Origin: Marsupella aquatica
Taxonomy: Eukaryota > Plantae > Marchantiophyta
Length of the DNA stretch: 64,000 nucleotides
Reading direction: 5' to 3'
Assembly (NCBI GenBank): GCA_973895155.1
Contig: OZ316894.1
Coordinates: 2,434,457-2,498,456, forward strand
In this document: piece after piece, positions 59,222-64,000 of the stretch
How positions within the stretch are numbered: position 1 is the first letter of the stretch
How the letters are laid out: each line of letters opens with the position of its first letter
Notes under the pieces: generated by a model
The model's input: the letters and a program-made list of their open reading frames with translations, nothing else
Database searches by the model: none
Told to the model about the DNA's origin: nothing
Translations under genes and position numbers: made by a program

Positions 59222-62137
59222 AGTTCTGGACCATTTTCAGAAGTCTCACCCTGCCCTCAATCCCCCTTTCCCACCCACAACGTTTAACTACATTTACTCC
59301 CTCAAAGTCATGGTCGAGAGGCTTCACTTACTCCACAATGTTGACCCCAAAGAGTAGATTCAATAAGGACTATATACTTAAATTGGCTTAGGAGTAGGGA
59401 CTTCATTGCAAATTTATAATAGCCTGGTGCCTGATCAAGTCCTTGAATTTGTTTCCAGTTTAATGACATGGTGTCAAGGCAGCTAGACTGAGAGCACACT
59501 CAACAAATGGCTACCAACTAACCCCAAAGTTTGGGAGATTTGAAACTCAGGAACATCTGCCAAAAAGTACAAATTCAAAGCTTTTGATGTTCACTTTGCA
59601 AAAGTTTTGTCATAGAACAGAGCCTTTTGTTTACTACATCATTTCCATTTGATTTACTACACCCTCTGCCCAAACATGTTTATTGCTGTACCCTTACATG
59701 GTGTCTCATCTCTCATGGGGGCTTTACAAGAAAGAGGGGACAGACAAAGTGAGTTTTCCCAGACCTAATACTTCATTTTTTGGTCTCTAGCACTCAAATT
59801 TTCAATACTTATTTAAATATTGGGCAAACCATTAGCTTTTGCCACATTTGCTAAGTTTTATGAAAAACTCCGTCCATTTGAGTTAGTTTTGGTTTCTCTT
59901 TCTTGGTTTGGGGGGATTTTGGTTACTCTTTCTTGGTTTGAGGGGTTTCCTATTGCTCATTTCTTTTGAGTTTGGTTTTTGTCCACTTTGTGAATTTTTT
60001 GTTTATTCTTTTGTACTTTGTTGTGGCCCAAATCTACAGACCTGACATATTTAGGCTTAGGCATTTCAATTCACATTTTAGCTTAGGCATTGATTTTGCT
60101 TATGCATTTCAACTTTAGTGTGTACAAATGAATGGAGCTCACATTTGCAACGAGTGAACAGGACGATTTGTGCCGATTCCCAGCAGTTTCCAATTCTTGG
60201 AAAGGTGCCTGAGTTCTCCTTATTGCACGTGAATGTCTCTAATCATCACTCATTCTGGATGGGACCACCTTCAAAAAGCCTACCAAATTCTCGTTGATGA
60301 ATCCTGTCTAGTGTCTACACACTGCGTCAATACAATTTGGTAGGGTCACATCTCCCTCCCCAACTTGTCGCTGGACTGATCCGATCCGATCCCAACTCCG
60401 AGCCGAATTTCCTGACCTTCCCGGACGGCTGGAATCCAGCCTCGTCGCCCTCTTGCTGCACTACTGCAATCGCTCGTCCATGCTGATCTGGATACGATTT
60501 AGGGACAGAGAAAGTGTGCCTGTTTGTCGTGCCCCATGACAGTCACTACTTTCAGACCGGCGGGATCTTCAATCTGATTTGACCGAATCCGATCGGGATC
60601 GACATTTTGTTGTAAACGCCTTTGCCCACCATTCATCATTGATTGTTTTTTTGCCTGGAAAGAACCAAATGAAGTCCATTCATCATTAATTTTGCTCAGT
60701 GGGTGAAAGCAATTTTGCTCAGTGGGGTGAAAGCAATTTCATCTGTAAGAAGTGCTTAAACGGTCGAATCCAGTCAGAACGAGTTTCCGGATCAGAGCTG
60801 GATCGATCAATATGTACAAGTTCGAGTACAATTTGTTTCCGGGCACTCCGGGATTCCGAACCACTGATCCGTAGCCGCTGCCTCAAATCGCTTAGGCCAC
60901 ATTCATGCTTCAATTTGCTGTTGGAAGAGTGGATGTCGTTGACTTCCTGCTCCCGGCCGACAATCTCGGGCCGATGTCTGTAATCATGCACAGCTCCAGA
61001 AACCTTAGTTCCCGGTAACCATTCCACTTGGTTAATAATAACAACAAACGTCTGTCTGGTGCGGTGCAAGGGCCGTCGCCGCAAAGCTCGATACCGGCCT
61101 CGTGTCTTGTATTCATGCCTGCAACGTCGGTGAATTCTTTCCCAATTGTCAAACTCTTGTCTACGGATCGATCCAGCGGCTAGCTGGAGTCCCTTCTTCC
61201 CTCCATCCCTTCCCCAACTTGTGATAACAAACCTGTGGGATGTGATCTGATCCGAGCTTCGAGCGGAGGTTTCTGACCTGGAAACCCAGCAGACCCGCCA
61301 CGCCCAGGAAAATAGGTGTGTGAGCTGACGCACAGGTGGATTGCTATTTTGTGGTCCTGCCGTAAACGCGTTCACACATCGGATCTGATCTGGGATTACC
61401 TGATCGGGATCGATCGATCAAATTGCTGAAGAAATATGTTTATTACACTCAAGAATGTTCCCAGATGCATAGAACGAGTTCGGTATCTGATCTGAAATTA
61501 TCTGATGGGAAAGATCGATCAAATTGATGGAGAACCAACAAGTCTCGTGATATATACGTGTAACAACTTAGCAGGCATAACCCCCACCTTTTTTTTCACA
61601 TACAATTTTGCTTGACACTCTTTGTTCATGTGGACTCCTTTCATTAACCAAACCCATTAACCCTTATGGATGGTCGAACCTCAGGTCAAACTTTGCCCGT
61701 ACTTAACTTAACATATCACGCAGCAGTGAAGTTGAAATGAAATTCAACGTCACCCCTTGATTGGATTATTTTCTCCAAAGTCTAAATCAGCTCCAGAGCA
61801 CATATCCAGAGTAGTAGGAACATTGATGTCCTATTTTGTTTGATCTGGTTGGGTGGGACCTTTTAGAGGCCATAGTAAGATGTGCCTGGTTTGGCCTTGA
61901 CAGGCAAATGAGGGGTCTGGATCCTCATCCGTCATCTGTCACACCCGGCCATCCCGAACTCTCGATCCCGACCCCACCCCAAGCCTGTCCCGGCCCGACC
62001 CTGTCCCAACCCAACCCCGACCCGGCCCCGAACACGAACCCAAACTGGGGGACCGGCTCTCTAAATCGGGGAAGTCCGGGGGAGCCCGGGACCAGGCTGG
62101 GAAGGGGTTTGGGAGAATTCAGGACCAGCCGAGGAAT

Positions 62138-62218
62138 AAAGAGGAATATGCATCATCTGGCCTCTTTTGGAGCCGTATAAAGAGGAATATGCATCATCTG
62201 GCCCCTTTTGGAGCCGTA
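62138..62218. repeat. 40-bp tandem duplication
   Basis: TAAAGAGGAATATGCATCATCTGGCC(T/C)CTTTTGGAGCCGTA twice. Confidence 0.85.
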
Positions 62219-63061
62219 ATGTGACAAGTTGACATGTCAGGAAACACATAAACTTGCCCGTCAGCTCTAACCGGGAAGATGTGTCTTGTTGGGTGCTTGG
62301 AATCAAGATATTTTTTAAAGATATTTGGAATTGCCCTCTTTTCATATCTTCAAAGATTAAATCTGGACCGTATAATGAGTAAAAAGGGCTGCAGCAGTTG
62401 AATTACAAGGACTCTGACCCCATTCAGGCATGGTGTCTGCCAATCCTACATGGCAACCATTTGGTCCAAGTAAATGCTGATGTGGACTAACAAGGATAAC
62501 AGCACCACTGTCCCCAAAGCAAAACCTGGTGGATCCAGGTTACTAAAATAAACCAAATATGTGATCAAAATAGTAAAAAAAGTGCTCTATTTTGTCCTCC
62601 CCAGACCTGGTGGACACTGGTGATTTAAAGGCCTAAGACATTTTATTTTTATTAATATTCATGTTGAGTCATAAAAATCTTGACTATGCATTCTCAAGAA
62701 ACGGAGCAAAATCAATAAGGGCATTAAGTTTTAAAATTCCATGCAAGTTGAAGAACATCATCCCAACAAAAACCCTAAACCTATCTGAGGTTATGGCCAG
62801 TAAAGTAGTCACAACCTGCGAGACGAGAATACTTACTTGTTTTTTTAGCAGATCAGAAAAGCACTCCATTAAAATTATTGTCATGAGAGTTGTCATATTG
62901 TGTGAGGCAAAGTGCACGCAGGTCTTGTGTATGGCCCCTCCCGCTATTTGCTCCCTCGCTTTCCTGCCAACAATGGAAGAGTAGACAATTTTTATTTCAG
63001 CACAGTAGACTGCCACCAAACAGAGGTGGTGACAGTCCCCAGCCCGGGGCCCGGCAGCGAG

Positions 63062-63427
63062 ATGGTGCTGCAACTGAGCAACGGGTTGCCGCAGCTGGGA
63101 GATGGCAGTCTAGTCCACACCTTAGGAGCAAAGTCTGTTGATGGCCATGGATTTTTAAGTACCCGAAATTGTGTAAAGGTGACTTTGGGATCTGGTAGAA
63201 GCGGAGCAAATGGCGCAGCGCAGATGAGGTGGGTGGATTTTGGAGGTGTGCAATTCAATGGCAGGCGTCAGCTTCAGCAGCAGAGAAATTACCAAGTTGT
63301 TTCGAGTTCCTTGAGGAATGAGGGCGGTGGGGAAGAAGAGCAGCAGTCCTCGGCCAGGCGTTCAGTGCACTTCATTGGCATTGGTGGGTCAGGGCTTTCT
63401 GCTCTGGCATTTTTGGCTCTGAATCAG
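63062..63427 (+). CDS. murC: UDP-N-acetylmuramate--L-alanine ligase, probably plastid-targeted; exon 1 only (gene continues beyond the window)
   Basis: After a ~100-aa Ser/Gly/Arg-rich extension comes VHFIGIGGSGLSALAFLALNQ, the MurC N-terminal Rossmann motif (HFIGIGGxGMS.LA), followed by the splice donor CAG|gtctgt. Confidence 0.8.
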
Positions 63428-64000
63428 GTCTGTTGCACGTCTCTCGTTCTTTAGCCAGCTTAAAAAATCATGCTCCGTTCGAATTGCCAATTTTAAGCTT
63501 CTAGAGCAATTCAGCAAAATTGTCCTTCTCCCCATTGCTCCGTCTCCTAATTTGGAACTCACGACATCCCAGTGTTCCGCCATCGTTCTGTTAACTTACA
63601 TTTTGTGGTACTTTGGCGATTGCATTGTTGTCAGAATATGGAATAAAAGGAATGTGTCGTTTTAGCTGCAGTCCAGGCCATATGCTCGGGCGAAAAGAGA
63701 AGGAGTGTGGTTTTGCCCCTACAATCTACACTTTTGGAGCCTGGCCATGGCAGGTCCTGAATCACTCGGCCAATTTCGTCGTATTTAAAAAAAAGGAAAA
63801 GTAAATGCATTCTGTTATTCGACTCATGAAACTACAAACAAGGAGCTCCATTCAAAGGCTTTCAGGACGTTTCGGTTTAGTGCAGAAAGTTAGGGCAAAT
63901 CATTCTTCAATTGGAACTGGAATGTCAGGAATCAAATATTACAAGAATCCTGCTTCCCTGCGAACTCCGGACATTGTATATAATCTGAACCCAGAATCAA

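Noticed and set aside
60719-61375. 218-aa minus-strand ORF
   Set aside because: Non-ATG start, no motif, and it lies within a GATC-rich degenerate duplication (~60355 versus ~61208).
61937-62226. TGTCACA...TGTGACA segment as a solo LTR
   Set aside because: The flanks (TCATC and AGTTG) do not form a TSD, so the boundaries are unsupported.

Overview
This is eukaryotic nuclear DNA, repeat-rich and with spliceosomal introns. It most likely comes from a non-angiosperm land plant (bryophyte, lycophyte or fern grade), because it carries a nuclear MurC with an N-terminal extension that looks like a plastid transit peptide. Only two host genes are recognisable: a single-exon DUF4228/PADRE gene (29409-29969) and exon 1 of murC (63062-63427). 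Transposons dominate the rest. (1) A 12.7-kb Mutator-like element (15579-28288; ~350-bp TIRs, 10-bp TSD CCAATTCTGC) carries three genes: a spliced MuDRA-type transposase, a predicted membrane-anchored protein with an RNase H1 hybrid-binding/Caulimovirus-VI domain, and a convergent multi-exon gene of unknown function built from duplicated exon-intron modules. (2) A decayed Tnt1-like Ty1/copia element (44256-53410, TSD AGGCC). (3) Two unrelated ~3.8-kb TG...CA elements with exact 5-bp TSDs (40393-44248; and 45990-49737 nested in the copia RT). They have no LTR pair, TIRs or pol, yet each holds one long ORF with a remotely shared domain followed by a Pro-rich tract, so they look like protein-coding giant solo LTRs. 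(4) A non-autonomous TIR element (57828-59221) and many tandem and dispersed repeats. All calls were made by eye; no database searches were run.
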